63,552 nt of DNA. Origin: a virus. Lineage: Duplodnaviria; Caudoviricetes. Position 1 is the stretch's first letter; each line of letters opens with the position of its first letter. The stretch is taken from IMG/VR virus record IMGVR_UViG_3300022744_000006, positions 1 through 63,552 of that record, one strand, 5' to 3'. The notes under the pieces are model-generated. The model did no database searches, had not been told where the DNA came from, and was given only the letters and a program-made list of their open reading frames with translations. Both the position numbers and the translations under genes were made by a program. This document shows, in pieces, positions 1 through 9,563 of this stretch.

Positions 1-127
1 CGTTCCCGGGGTCATCGTCATGCGAAATCATTGAGCTTTCCCTCACCTTTCGCAGAGCATAATCGACCACCGTAAACAATTTTCTTTTTAAACCTGTTGA
101 CAACGCCGCAAATAGCGCCTAGGTTCT
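1..127. repeat. 127-nt exact terminal direct repeat (copy at 63426-63552); circular-assembly overlap
   Basis: cgttcccggg...cctaggttct is identical at both ends; 127 is a common maximum assembler k-mer. Confidence 0.95.
97..125 (+). promoter_or_regulatory. sigma70-type early promoter
   Basis: TTGACA-N17-TAGGTT with an upstream A/T tract, ahead of the + strand early operon. Confidence 0.7.
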
Positions 128-221
128 TTCCATCGGCGGCAAACACAGCGCCGGACGGCCGAAGGGAAGCGCGAACATCTCCCCCTAGGCCACACAGCCC
201 TACCCCAACCTAGGAGCCACC

Positions 222-491
222 ATGCCCTCATCAGCAAGAGACGCAATCGAGAAAAGCGCAGTGCGCAACACGATCGTCTCGTTACCCTTCCATCCGGATT
301 TGGCCAAGGCGTTGCTTGCCGAAGCCGAGGACGATGTGATTCTGGAGCACCGCATCAACGGGTCCATCTCTCACAATCGTTGGGAGTTCTGGGGCGACGA
401 CATGGACCTTGGCGAGTGGCGAGTTCACCTCGTTCTCGAGAACCAGGACCAAGTCGCAGCGGCGGTGTCTTTGTCACTGGTGGGGGCATGA
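222..491 (+). CDS. hypothetical early protein (probable paralog of 5055..5252)
   Basis: AGGAG RBS; ARDAIEKS...EWRVHL resembles AREAIRKS...EWRVEV. Confidence 0.7.
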   Translation: MPSSARDAIEKSAVRNTIVSLPFHPDLAKALLAEAEDDVILEHRINGSISHNRWEFWGDDMDLGEWRVHLVLENQDQVAAAVSLSLVGA

Positions 492-985
492 CCATGACCA
501 AACACGCCTACAAGCTTCAAGCCGTCATGGTCGACGGAAAACGCCACTTCATCGCGTCTTACGGCGACATCGAAACTGCCCTACGCAAGTCACTCGCCCA
601 CCTCCGCGAAGAGTTCGGCGAGATCTGCGAAATCCACTCAACCGGTCAGGACAACCTTCCCTTCTACTTCACCCAACCCGGCAACAAGGCGAACACCGTC
701 GCTGAGATCAGCCGCTACGCCGCCGTCCCACCCAACCGCGACCTGGCCATTGCCGTGCTCATTGAGCAAGATGTCGCCTACTGGGGCGAGGAGGAGCGCG
801 AAACAAGCGTGCGCCTCAACAGCAAAAAGACCTACGGCTTGGCCCTAAACACGCTCTGCTGTCGGGCACAGCTCCACGAAGGCGAGCCCTGGTTGCTCGG
901 CTTCACCGACGCCAAGGCTCTCAAGCTCGCCACGGAAAAAGCTCTCACCGATTCGGATATCGCGTTCCTACGAAAGGGAGGATGA
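488..985 (+). CDS. hypothetical protein
   Basis: ATGA overlap with the previous stop; operon-like packing. Confidence 0.65.
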   Translation: MTMTKHAYKLQAVMVDGKRHFIASYGDIETALRKSLAHLREEFGEICEIHSTGQDNLPFYFTQPGNKANTVAEISRYAAVPPNRDLAIAVLIEQDVAYWGEEERETSVRLNSKKTYGLALNTLCCRAQLHEGEPWLLGFTDAKALKLATEKALTDSDIAFLRKGG

Positions 986-1326
986 CTGACATGTCAAAAC
1001 AGAACCGAATCTTGCGCAACCTGTCGAATGGCTCCATCTACCGCATTGCCAAAGCTGGTCACGAAGCAATCGAAGCGGGTAGGACGCCCACCCGCAAGCT
1101 CTACAAGATTGGGTACCCTTCTGTGTTGGGTGGCTACGCGCTGCTCCATCCCGACGGAGTCTTCCGCTACTCTGTAGCAGGTCACTGCATGTGGACCGAC
1201 CCCCACATCGCGGAGGAAATCCGCCAAAGGTACAGCAGCACCAGGGCAAGCGGCGGCTACAGGCTGAAGGTCCTTGACGCTACGTACGAGTACAGCTTGT
1301 GGCGCAAGTCGTGGAGATGGTTCTGA
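982..1326 (+). CDS. hypothetical protein
   Basis: ATGA overlap, GGAGG RBS. Confidence 0.65.
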   Translation: MTDMSKQNRILRNLSNGSIYRIAKAGHEAIEAGRTPTRKLYKIGYPSVLGGYALLHPDGVFRYSVAGHCMWTDPHIAEEIRQRYSSTRASGGYRLKVLDATYEYSLWRKSWRWF

Positions 1327-1643
1327 TGAACCCCAAGAACCTACCCCCACACTCGGCGCCGGTCTTCCGCCACCCACGGGGCAACGCCCACGTAGTTGAG
1401 TGCCTAAGATTCGCACTCAAGCTCTACCAAGACGGCAGAGCAATCCAGCTTGACCGATCAGCGCACTATCGCTCTCAACTGCTCTTCTCCCTAGCTGTTG
1501 AGGCAGACCGAGCGGCTCAAGCATTCCGCGAGCTAGCCGTGAGCACAGCAGCCGACCTACGCGACGCTATCGAGCACAGCGAGAGCTCACGCGACAAGTC
1601 CGAGAATGAAGCCGTCCCACCTATGAGCGGCCTACTCCGCTAA
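1326..1643 (+). CDS. hypothetical protein
   Basis: TGATG overlap with the upstream stop. Confidence 0.6.
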   Translation: MNPKNLPPHSAPVFRHPRGNAHVVECLRFALKLYQDGRAIQLDRSAHYRSQLLFSLAVEADRAAQAFRELAVSTAADLRDAIEHSESSRDKSENEAVPPMSGLLR

Positions 1644-1650
1644 CCAAAGA

Positions 1651-2052
1651 GTGAACACCGACATGAAATACTCGAAAAAACCAGCCCGCAGCGACATCTT
1701 TCACGATCTCACATTGAAGCTTGACCTTTACGAGGCGGAGCTTGCCGCCCACAAGAATCGCGTCAAGGAACTGTTTTACCAGCGCGCCACCGAGCTTGCC
1801 GATCTTCTAGAGCGATACGAGACGCTAGGTCTCGAGAAAAAGTATGGCCGCAAGGTCTTCGTGAACAGCGTGTCATTCGACTCGGCTGCGCTTCGCTCAC
1901 TAACAGAAGCTGAATACACACCGGAGTTTGGGGAGGGTCTTGCCCGCACCACGGCACAGCTCGCAGAAATGATCACAACGGCGACAGAAGAGGAAACTCA
2001 ACATCTTTTGCGAATCGAGAACGCGTTGCGCAAAAGCGGCTTCAACGAGTAA
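1651..2052 (+). CDS. hypothetical protein (helical)
   Basis: ORF in operon context. Confidence 0.65.
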   Translation: MNTDMKYSKKPARSDIFHDLTLKLDLYEAELAAHKNRVKELFYQRATELADLLERYETLGLEKKYGRKVFVNSVSFDSAALRSLTEAEYTPEFGEGLARTTAQLAEMITTATEEETQHLLRIENALRKSGFNE

Positions 2053-2082
2053 CCCAACCCAGGTCACGAACACAGGAGACAC

Positions 2083-2433
2083 ATGTCAATGCTCAAAGCG
2101 ACCTTAGAAGCCCTCAACAACCTGGACGCATCCCGTCGACGTTATGATGAGGTTAGGATCGAAGCGCGTGCCCGCGCACTCACAGCCATCATCGACTGCG
2201 AGCAGCTAGCTCGCAGTCTAGGCAAACCAGTCACAGACTCCTCAACGCCATGGAGGGCAAAGGCGTTCGAGGAGGCCGTCGGCAAGATACAAGCCGAAAC
2301 TCACGAGATGGAAGATCTTGCAGTTGTCGAGCAAGCGCTCATGCGCTTGGTCTCGCTCGCTGAACGGCAAACCAAAACAAACTTTGACATGGCCGAGACC
2401 GTGTCTGAGATGTTCGAGCTTTCGCGCTCTTGA
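2083..2433 (+). CDS. hypothetical protein (helical)
   Basis: AGGAG RBS. Confidence 0.7.
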   Translation: MSMLKATLEALNNLDASRRRYDEVRIEARARALTAIIDCEQLARSLGKPVTDSSTPWRAKAFEEAVGKIQAETHEMEDLAVVEQALMRLVSLAERQTKTNFDMAETVSEMFELSRS

Positions 2434-2519
2434 GATTCTCCACGTTGTAGCAGCCGCCAACACGGCTGCGGGCAACGTGGAGGCAATCAAGCCTCATTGC
2501 TTTTCGGAGATAACTCGCC

Positions 2520-3419
2520 ATGGCAACCACCACCAAGATCACACGCATTGGTTTCAAGGGCTCTTCGTTCCGAGCGCAACCCGGACAAGTGGTCACACAC
2601 GAGCATATCCAGCGCTACGCTCCGAGCATTCTGGCCGAGGACAAACACTGTTCCCGATCCGAGCGATATCAGTTCATCCCGACGGGAGAACTGATCTACC
2701 AACTGTCTCAGTTAGGCTTCTATCCCACCGAGGTGGCCCAGGGCGGGTCACGCATCGAAGGAAAGCGAGAGTTTACTAAGCACATGGTGCGCTTGGGTCA
2801 CCCAAAACTCAAGTCACTAGACGGCACGCGGCTTGAGGCACTGATCTACAACGCGCATGACGGCACCTCATCGTGGACGCTATGGCTAGGAGGCATACGG
2901 TTTGTGTGTCTGAACGGTCATGTGTTTGGTGAGGAGGTTTTTTCAGCTCGCGTCTCGCACACCTCGCGTAACGCGATCGATCTGGTCGGTGAAGCGCTAT
3001 CCAGAGCCATAGCAGCCGGTGACACTGCGCTCGCCGCGATCGATCGGATGCAGACCACAATGCTAACTGAGGAACAGTCGAGAGTGCTTGCGGAACACGC
3101 AATCGACATGCGCTTTGAGGATTCTATCGCGAACACCGGCATTGTTCCGGTTGTCGCCGAGCAGGTCTTGGTTGTCAGGAGACAAGAGGACGCCGCCCCA
3201 AGTGTGTGGAATGTCTACAACCGCATTCAAGAGAGCCTTGTGCGCGGCGGGATTCACTACACGACCACTGATCGCAACAACCGCCGCCGACACGGCACGA
3301 CTCGTGCGGTGTCTTCGGTCGACGGTAACCGCACGCTGAATCAGCGGCTCTTTGCGCTGGCCACTGCGTTTGAAGCGCTGGCAAGCGGACGCAAGAATGC
3401 CCTAGACTTCGCGGTCTGA
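2520..3419 (+). CDS. DUF932 family protein
   Basis: Motifs SRSERYQFIPT, FTKHMVRL, NAHDGTSS, RFVCLNG, WNVYNRIQESLVRGG. Confidence 0.9.
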   Translation: MATTTKITRIGFKGSSFRAQPGQVVTHEHIQRYAPSILAEDKHCSRSERYQFIPTGELIYQLSQLGFYPTEVAQGGSRIEGKREFTKHMVRLGHPKLKSLDGTRLEALIYNAHDGTSSWTLWLGGIRFVCLNGHVFGEEVFSARVSHTSRNAIDLVGEALSRAIAAGDTALAAIDRMQTTMLTEEQSRVLAEHAIDMRFEDSIANTGIVPVVAEQVLVVRRQEDAAPSVWNVYNRIQESLVRGGIHYTTTDRNNRRRHGTTRAVSSVDGNRTLNQRLFALATAFEALASGRKNALDFAV

Positions 3420-3427
3420 TCTGGAAG

Positions 3428-3455
3428 CGGAGGGCGAGCTTCGTTTCGCCCTCCG
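3428..3455 (+). other. 10-bp perfect stem-loop after DUF932 (terminator, processing or stability hairpin)
   Basis: CGGAGGGCGA / TCGCCCTCCG; no clear U-tract. Confidence 0.5.
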
Positions 3456-3472
3456 ACCTTCGAGGTTAGAGC

Positions 3473-3688
3473 ATGAACAACAAGGGAAATCCGATTGTAG
3501 GAAAATGGGTAGGCCACGTGACAAAGGGGCGGCGCACAGCCGCCAATGGCCCGCTTGACGATCACTGGACCACCTACGCGACCTTCATTGAAGCCACGGG
3601 CGGTCTTGTCATCACACAGCCGTGCGAGGGCTATCACATCACATCTCACCTCCCGTCTGAGGTGATTCAGTGGCTAACGAAAGGATGA
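3473..3688 (+). CDS. hypothetical protein
   Basis: GAGGT RBS. Confidence 0.6.
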   Translation: MNNKGNPIVGKWVGHVTKGRRTAANGPLDDHWTTYATFIEATGGLVITQPCEGYHITSHLPSEVIQWLTKG

Positions 3689-3694
3689 ACGAAC

Positions 3695-3943
3695 ATGGTG
3701 ATCACGACTAAGCGGACTTCCGACAGAAACGGCAACGCCACGATCCTTGTGTACTGCGGCGCGCATACGCGTCCAGTGATGCGCGTGCAAGCTGACCCAG
3801 CGCTGTGCTCGGACGAGCAGCACAAATCCACAGCGCGGTCGTTCTTCGACCGTCAGTTCAAGGGACGTCCGGTGATGCACGGATGCGTTGCGCTTCCGGA
3901 CGTGTGCAATCACGACTTTGTGCATATGGGAGACCCTCGCTAA
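3695..3943 (+). CDS. hypothetical protein
   Basis: AAGGA RBS; operon packing. Confidence 0.6.
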   Translation: MVITTKRTSDRNGNATILVYCGAHTRPVMRVQADPALCSDEQHKSTARSFFDRQFKGRPVMHGCVALPDVCNHDFVHMGDPR

Positions 3944-4288
3944 ATGCTCTCTACTTCCAATCGCAACGAGGCGGAAAGCTACGCTCAAGATCGCGGTGTG
4001 CACTTCGGGCGCGCCAATGATGGCCGCTGGTACGCGGGCAAGCCGTATGAGCTCGCAATGACGGGTTGTGTGTGGATGTTTTCTCGCGACGGGGCGCTGG
4101 TAATGGGTCCCAACGAAAGTGTCCGTAGGCGGTTTGATCGGGTAGTAGAAAGTGCTCGGGTCGCTCTTTCGGGTCGCGGTATGATCAACACGACAGACAC
4201 GCACACGCTTGAAGCTGTCACCTCGGGCTTTCCCACAGAAGCCGAAGTGGAAGCCGCTGAGTCCGTGTTCAAAAAATGGAGTCGATAG
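3944..4288 (+). CDS. hypothetical protein
   Basis: Abuts the previous stop; GGAG RBS. Confidence 0.6.
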   Translation: MLSTSNRNEAESYAQDRGVHFGRANDGRWYAGKPYELAMTGCVWMFSRDGALVMGPNESVRRRFDRVVESARVALSGRGMINTTDTHTLEAVTSGFPTEAEVEAAESVFKKWSR

Positions 4289-4290
4289 CC

Positions 4291-5058
4291 ATGCTTGCCA
4301 CATTCGTACCGTCCTCAAAAAACTCCAAGCTCACCAACGATCCGAAGAGCGCAGCGATTGCGACTACGTACGTCTCTATCAAAGCTTCGTGCCCTCCTAC
4401 CTGCAAGCTTCGTGACGCAGGTTGCTATGGACAATCTGGCAACGTCTCGCACACAACGCGACGACTCGACAAAGCGGCTTCCGGACACGCTCCGCTAGAG
4501 GCCGCGAAGTCAGAGCATGATGCCATCACCTCTGCCATATCTGCGTTTCGAGGAGGCATGGTCCCGCAAGACGGCCACGGGGGGCGCGGAAGGGATCTAC
4601 GACTTCACACTGTTGGCGATACGGCAAGCCCAGAAGCAGCAAAACTGATCGCGCTTGCGGCTAAGCGCTGGACAAGCAAGTGCGGCTCTAAGCCCTATGG
4701 CTACACGCATGCTTGGCGTTTGGTGACACGTAAAAGCTTCGGTCGGCATGTGAGCATGCTCGCTAGCATCGACTCCCCTGACGAGCTTCAGGAGGCTCGC
4801 AAGCGTGGTTACGCTGTCGCTGCATACACCGACCGGTTCGAGTCCGATCGGGTGTACTTCGACAAGTCACTCGGAAGCAAGGTGCTTCCCTGTCCAGCGC
4901 AAACACGCGAGAACGTTTCGTGCGTCTCATGCAGAATGTGCATGAATGACGATCGGTTGAAGGCTCTCGGTCTTGTCGTGATGTTCGAGGCACACGGCGC
5001 GCGAAAGCGCGCTGTTGGCACCGCTGCGAAAAACAGAAGGTTAGAGGTGATCAAATGA
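4291..5058 (+). CDS. Gp88-like Cys-rich (radical-SAM-related) phage protein
   Basis: SCPPTC..GCYG, LRLHTVGD, YGYTHAW, CPAQ...CVSCRMC and FEAHG motifs. Confidence 0.7.
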   Translation: MLATFVPSSKNSKLTNDPKSAAIATTYVSIKASCPPTCKLRDAGCYGQSGNVSHTTRRLDKAASGHAPLEAAKSEHDAITSAISAFRGGMVPQDGHGGRGRDLRLHTVGDTASPEAAKLIALAAKRWTSKCGSKPYGYTHAWRLVTRKSFGRHVSMLASIDSPDELQEARKRGYAVAAYTDRFESDRVYFDKSLGSKVLPCPAQTRENVSCVSCRMCMNDDRLKALGLVVMFEAHGARKRAVGTAAKNRRLEVIK

Positions 5059-5252
5059 GTGACGACGCTAGAGAGGCTATCAGGAAGAGCCTCAAAGACG
5101 GTGAACCACACCGCATTGACTGGTCAGAAGACGCGGAGGAATATCTAGGGCCTATTAGCATCTACTCCAAGCCCTTGGGTAACAGCATTCTCTACGTAGG
5201 AGAAACAGGGGCCGGCGCGGAATGGCGCGTTGAGGTTGTGATCTTCAAATGA
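5055..5252 (+). CDS. hypothetical protein (probable paralog of 222..491)
   Basis: ATGA overlap; shared N- and C-terminal motifs. Confidence 0.65.
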   Translation: MSDDAREAIRKSLKDGEPHRIDWSEDAEEYLGPISIYSKPLGNSILYVGETGAGAEWRVEVVIFK

Positions 5253-5584
5253 GAAGGTCGCGAGCTAGGTTCATTCGCGAGCTAGGCATTCTTCGCCTAT
5301 CTCGCGAGGAAATCGCGGCAAAGTGCGCGCTTGCTGGATACCGTCGACCGTCTTCGCAGGCTATGCACCGAGCATTGACCTACTCACCCACCGGAATGCC
5401 GCGCGGTCGGCCGCGCAAGACACCAAGCTTCAAACAGCTTGCGGCTGAGCTTGTTGACGCGTACCAGGCTGCCGTAGACGCCGGAGTACCGCTTGCGGTA
5501 ACCAGAAGACTGAAAAACGTAGTTGTGTTGGCCGAAGAGATGCTCGACCAGGAGGAGAAAACAAAATGTCACAGCAAGCTTTGA
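5249..5584 (+). CDS. putative DNA-binding protein (HTH-like plus AT-hook)
   Basis: LSREEIAAKC helix; PRGRPRK AT-hook motif. Confidence 0.55.
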   Translation: MRRSRARFIRELGILRLSREEIAAKCALAGYRRPSSQAMHRALTYSPTGMPRGRPRKTPSFKQLAAELVDAYQAAVDAGVPLAVTRRLKNVVVLAEEMLDQEEKTKCHSKL

Positions 5585-5787
5585 CGATCATTCTGTTTGT
5601 ATTCATGCTCGCGTGCTGCCCAAGCGGCTGCTCAAGTCGAGGCGTTCCCAAGGAAGCGCTCGTGATGAACTCCACACCGGAGTCTGATTACGGCACATGC
5701 TACAGCCCAAAGCCACGTTGCCAGTTTGGCGAGATGCCGTTCTGCTCGTGCAACATGGCCATGCGTTGCCGCTGGGTCTGCCCATGA
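5566..5787 (+). CDS. small Cys-rich exported or lipoprotein
   Basis: Hydrophobic N-terminus ending LAC; Cys-rich C-terminus; GGAG RBS. Confidence 0.6.
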   Translation: MSQQALTIILFVFMLACCPSGCSSRGVPKEALVMNSTPESDYGTCYSPKPRCQFGEMPFCSCNMAMRCRWVCP

Positions 5788-6005
5788 CAGACGAGCCAAA
5801 GACTGCACGCTCTAGGCCGGGAAAGCGCCCCGCTGCTCCCGAGCGACCCGCTCAACCACCCAAGCGTGAGAAGGTGCCTCACGCATTCAGCAACCCGCTC
5901 GCGACCACTGGTTGCGATCCTGGGTACTCCGGTACTGATGTCGACACATCCGTGTTTGACTCCCCATGTGACAACGGTTCCGGCGTGTGGAGCCAGGAGG
6001 ATTGA
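5784..6005 (+). CDS. hypothetical protein
   Basis: ATGA overlap. Confidence 0.45.
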   Translation: MTDEPKTARSRPGKRPAAPERPAQPPKREKVPHAFSNPLATTGCDPGYSGTDVDTSVFDSPCDNGSGVWSQED

Positions 6006-6007
6006 CC

Positions 6008-6577
6008 GTGATGGATCTCGTTCTGATCGTCTTGACGATCGCAATCTCCGCGTTCAACGCGGTATCCGTCGGTGCTATGTGGACCGAATCCAAGGGAGCT
6101 GGTTGGTTCGCTCGCGCTGTAGCGTGGTCCGGTGCTGTTATGGCGGCAGTCGGATTCACGTACATATCAGCGCTGTTCATAATCGTGTGCTTTTCGTTGT
6201 TTGGCTTGTTGGACCGACACACGGCGGCACTCGCGATTGAGCTGTCGTATGCGGTAGTTTTGTTCCCAACACTCGGATCGGGGCTCGTTCTCACCGTTCA
6301 CTCGTTGATCGTGGCATGGCGCAAGCGCACTTTCGGCGACACCGCTGTCGCGGCGTGGAACTTCTACGCCATGTGCGACAACACGATCACCGCCTGCGAC
6401 TACGACGGATCGCTTCTGTGGGAGTCCGATCCCGACGTTGACGCGGATGAGGATTGGCAGGTTGCTCTCTTGGTAGTCCTATCCGCAACGTTCGCGGGAG
6501 TTGCCATCACATACTGGATCGTGCGAGCGGTGAATCGAGCAGTCATCGAGGATGCCAGAAGGGCTATTGAGTCATGA
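6008..6577 (+). CDS. multi-pass membrane protein
   Basis: AGGAGG RBS; about four hydrophobic segments. Confidence 0.7.
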   Translation: MMDLVLIVLTIAISAFNAVSVGAMWTESKGAGWFARAVAWSGAVMAAVGFTYISALFIIVCFSLFGLLDRHTAALAIELSYAVVLFPTLGSGLVLTVHSLIVAWRKRTFGDTAVAAWNFYAMCDNTITACDYDGSLLWESDPDVDADEDWQVALLVVLSATFAGVAITYWIVRAVNRAVIEDARRAIES

Positions 6578-6786
6578 CAGCGGGCGAGGTGATGTCGGCA
6601 TACGATCGGGCAGTTTTCCTGGGGGCAGTCGACTCTTACGATGACTGCATTGGCGGAAGCTTACGCGCTCCAGATGGCGCTACATCGGAGTGCGTGGAAG
6701 CTGTCGCTGAGTACCGAAGAAGAGAGATCGCACTACACAGTGAAACTGCGGGGCGAGCGCGTCGCGAGTACTACAAAGGAAAATGA
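6574..6786 (+). CDS. hypothetical protein
   Basis: ATGA overlap. Confidence 0.55.
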   Translation: MTAGEVMSAYDRAVFLGAVDSYDDCIGGSLRAPDGATSECVEAVAEYRRREIALHSETAGRARREYYKGK

Positions 6787-6789
6787 GCA

Positions 6790-7407
6790 ATGACACCTGA
6801 AATACTTCAAACGGAAACTGTCAGATTTATACAGCTGCTGAACGGTATGAAAGTGCTCTCGGTCGCGAAGATCATAGAGCAGCAGCTGTCAGCTAGCCCG
6901 TCATTCGCAGCAACGGCCGTTACCATAGGTACGTCATTGTTCGTTGACGCGCGCCGCCACTCAGAGTTAGCGGCGTTTGCTGCTACGGCGTCCAGGATTC
7001 TCGATGATAGCGGTGAAAAGTTTGTCAGAAGCGAGGGCAACGGCGAAGACGGGGAAGACGCGATCCTATCGCACTTGGAGCAGCTTCCGAGCATTCTCGC
7101 TGGCTATATGGCATCAAGCCTGGCGGTGAATCACCCCGAGTTTCTTGGAATCCTAATCGCTCTACACAGAACGCGCACCCAGCTCTTGCCGGGCGCCAGC
7201 GACATCGAAGTGGACTTCTACAACAGAAGTCTACGTGTACTGAGAAAAGCGCAGGCTGATCAGGCGGTGTTTGCGTCCATCTCCCCATCCGCAGCTTCCG
7301 GTGATGTCAACCGAGAACGAAGCGCTGCTACAGGCGATCTGGACCATTCAGTTCGCCTGGCCCGATCGTGGGGGTCTCAGGAGGGCGGAAGCAAAGGCAC
7401 TCCTTGA
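6790..7407 (+). CDS. hypothetical protein
   Basis: AAGGA RBS; 205-aa ORF. Confidence 0.65.
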   Translation: MTPEILQTETVRFIQLLNGMKVLSVAKIIEQQLSASPSFAATAVTIGTSLFVDARRHSELAAFAATASRILDDSGEKFVRSEGNGEDGEDAILSHLEQLPSILAGYMASSLAVNHPEFLGILIALHRTRTQLLPGASDIEVDFYNRSLRVLRKAQADQAVFASISPSAASGDVNRERSAATGDLDHSVRLARSWGSQEGGSKGTP

Positions 7408-7589
7408 TGCCTACTTCGATGCAAAGATGGCCCTGTCGCAAGCCCTCATCGATGCAAAGCGGTTCGCCGACGATGCATCCGCACAGCGCTCCCTGATCGA
7501 TGAGCTGACCAAACAGCTTGAAAATCGAGAGCAGAGAGACTAGAAGCGAAATCTGTGGTCGTGATGTCATGGCTGGCGACACTTCCACA

Positions 7590-7624
7590 AACGCCCCGCC
7601 CCGGATTCCCCGAGGTGGGGCGTT
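7590..7624. terminator. hairpin between convergent operons (probable terminator)
   Basis: AACGCCCCGCC / GGTGGGGCGTT inverted repeat at the +/- junction. Confidence 0.55.
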
Positions 7625-7628
7625 CGAT

Positions 7629-8477
7629 TTACGGGACTTGAGAAATGGCGAACACGGGAGAAGCCTCGAACACCGGATCGCGGTGGCCGCCGTAGACGTA
7701 GGTCGGTGACTGCGACGCCGGGAGCATGCGTCGGACGCGCGCGATCACTTTGCCGGGGCTTTCGCTCGGATATGACGCGAGTACTTTCCGAAGGGCACCC
7801 GTGAAAGCCCCGTTGTTCGTGCCGTCCTCCGCCGTTTGATTGTCCTGGCACGCTCCGAACGCCAGCAATGAAGCCTTGATCTTGGATCGGCTCCTGGCGC
7901 TGGCCTTGGCGAGCGCATAGACCCCCTGATTTCGGAACCATACCGAGCTGACCAGGTCATTCGGCATGGCTCGGGATGAGCTCGCCAGTGGCCGGTCGGT
8001 CCCGGCCGAATGCATGACCCTGGCCATCGTTCCGGAGTGGCAGGAGTCAGACACGAAAAACAAGCGCACCCCGGCCGCGAACCTGGACCAGGCAAGCTCA
8101 AGTTCATCGTCGATGATTTGCCGATCGTACATGCAAATCGTCTCATCATAGCCGTTGTCGTTGCCATCCTGATCGGGCACTTGTCCGCCATGCGAGCTGG
8201 ACGTGACAACAACGATGTCGCCCGGCTTTGCGGTCTTGGACATGTCCAGTAGCCAGCGCAACACGACCGAGCTCACAGCCTGCTTAGTCAGCAAGATGTC
8301 GGTGGCGAATCCCTTGGATTTCAGCAGATCGCGCATGTCTTCGGCATCCGCTTCGCATGCATTCAGCCGGCCCGACCAACCGTCGTAATGCGCCGGATCT
8401 ACGGCGTTCAGACCGATGCAGAGCGCGTACCCTTTGCCGGGTTGAACGGTTGCCTTTTTCCAAAACTTGAGGTTCAT
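7629..8477 (-). CDS. metacaspase (caspase-like peptidase C14 family)
   Basis: ALCIGLN, LNACEADA, catalytic SSHGGQ (His) and DSCHSG (Cys), ACQDNQTA, GAFT; ATGA overlap with the endolysin stop and GGAGA RBS. Confidence 0.92.
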   Translation of the reverse strand: MNLKFWKKATVQPGKGYALCIGLNAVDPAHYDGWSGRLNACEADAEDMRDLLKSKGFATDILLTKQAVSSVVLRWLLDMSKTAKPGDIVVVTSSSHGGQVPDQDGNDNGYDETICMYDRQIIDDELELAWSRFAAGVRLFFVSDSCHSGTMARVMHSAGTDRPLASSSRAMPNDLVSSVWFRNQGVYALAKASARSRSKIKASLLAFGACQDNQTAEDGTNNGAFTGALRKVLASYPSESPGKVIARVRRMLPASQSPTYVYGGHRDPVFEASPVFAISQVP

Positions 8478-9046
8478 CGCCATTCTCCAATCTCGAAATG
8501 CATGGGGTCGATCATTTTTCCTCCCCAATCCGCTCCGCACACTATCCCGGCCTCCCAGGTTGTGCCGTGGAAAGGATCGATGATCGGGACATGAACGGTG
8601 CGCGCCTTTTCGATGATCGGCCCCAGCCATCCGATCTCCCCTTGCTTCGCCCCAGGCGTCGAGCGCCGGTTCTGCTCGGGGTTGAAATCCATGGCAATGC
8701 CGCGGCTGTGCCGGCTCAAGAACGGCGCCCAATCCCGCGTGTAGTCTGACGTGTCCGGAAGGTTCGCGCCCCGCATGATGCGTGGAACGAAGCTGCCCCC
8801 GAACGTCAGAATGCACTCGCATTCTTGGCGGCGGAACGATCGGAACCACTCCTCGAACACTGGCGCGGCGCGCTTGTGCACGCGGATGTGCGTGGTGATC
8901 TTTGTTGGAATGGGGAGCTTCAGATTGACAAGGTTGTCGGCCTCCCACTTCAGCGGGACCTTGACCTTGCCTGACTCGTCTATCGTGAACGACAGATCGA
9001 AGTTTGTGATCAGTCGAGACTTGGTCAGCTGTTGAACCACGGGCAT
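8474..9046 (-). CDS. endolysin, M15-family Zn endopeptidase
   Basis: SRHSRGIAMDFN (SxHxxGxAxD) and WGG...DPMHFE motifs. Confidence 0.88.
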   Translation of the reverse strand: MPVVQQLTKSRLITNFDLSFTIDESGKVKVPLKWEADNLVNLKLPIPTKITTHIRVHKRAAPVFEEWFRSFRRQECECILTFGGSFVPRIMRGANLPDTSDYTRDWAPFLSRHSRGIAMDFNPEQNRRSTPGAKQGEIGWLGPIIEKARTVHVPIIDPFHGTTWEAGIVCGADWGGKMIDPMHFEIGEWR

Positions 9047-9273
9047 GTCTCACCTTCGGTTTCGGGCGACTTCACCGCCCGACACAAGACGCACTGCGGG
9101 TGAGGCAACTTCAGGTATGGCTGCTGACCAGGAGTCCAGTCAGCGTACACGTTCCACACATGTTGCATGCTCGGGTGGGCCGGGCGCGCGGCTGCTGGCG
9201 GCTTCCCGCGAACTAACAGCTTTCGCAGGAAGCCAGCCAGCCTGACTAGCCTGGACCGAACTGCATCCATCAC
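9025..9273 (-). CDS. hypothetical protein
   Basis: Short ORF with CxxC upstream of the endolysin. Confidence 0.45.
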   Translation of the reverse strand: MMDAVRSRLVRLAGFLRKLLVRGKPPAAARPAHPSMQHVWNVYADWTPGQQPYLKLPHPQCVLCRAVKSPETEGETCPWFNS

Positions 9274-9296
9274 CGCACGCCAAGTGTATCACATTG

Positions 9297-9563
9297 TCAG
9301 GTAACAACGGGCGTCTTTGCTAACATTTGTAGCTCAGCCAGAGCCCTTGCTCTACGGGCGTTCTGAAGCTCGTACACCGCCTCCGACGGTGTGAGCTTTC
9401 CGTCTGCCTCAATCTGGGTAAGCGCTTCCAGCCGCTCGAACGCGGCCAGCAGCTCAGCCTCTACCTCGCCCATCTCCCGCAGGCTTTCTGCGTCGGCCGG
9501 ACGGGAAGACGCGCGGGCGTAGGCGTGCACAAGCTCCATGTGTTTGTCTGTGAAGTGACTCAT
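9297..9563 (-). CDS. hypothetical protein
   Basis: ATGA overlap. Confidence 0.6.
   Translation of the reverse strand: MSHFTDKHMELVHAYARASSRPADAESLREMGEVEAELLAAFERLEALTQIEADGKLTPSEAVYELQNARRARALAELQMLAKTPVVT

Noticed and set aside
1-127. Biological terminal repeat
   Set aside because: The length equals a standard assembler k-mer and the repeat cuts through an ORF and a promoter, so it is more likely an assembly overlap.
7629-9053. 474-aa ORF as a single protein
   Set aside because: The N-terminal extension overlaps the endolysin in another frame; the metacaspase starts at 8477 with an RBS and ATGA coupling.
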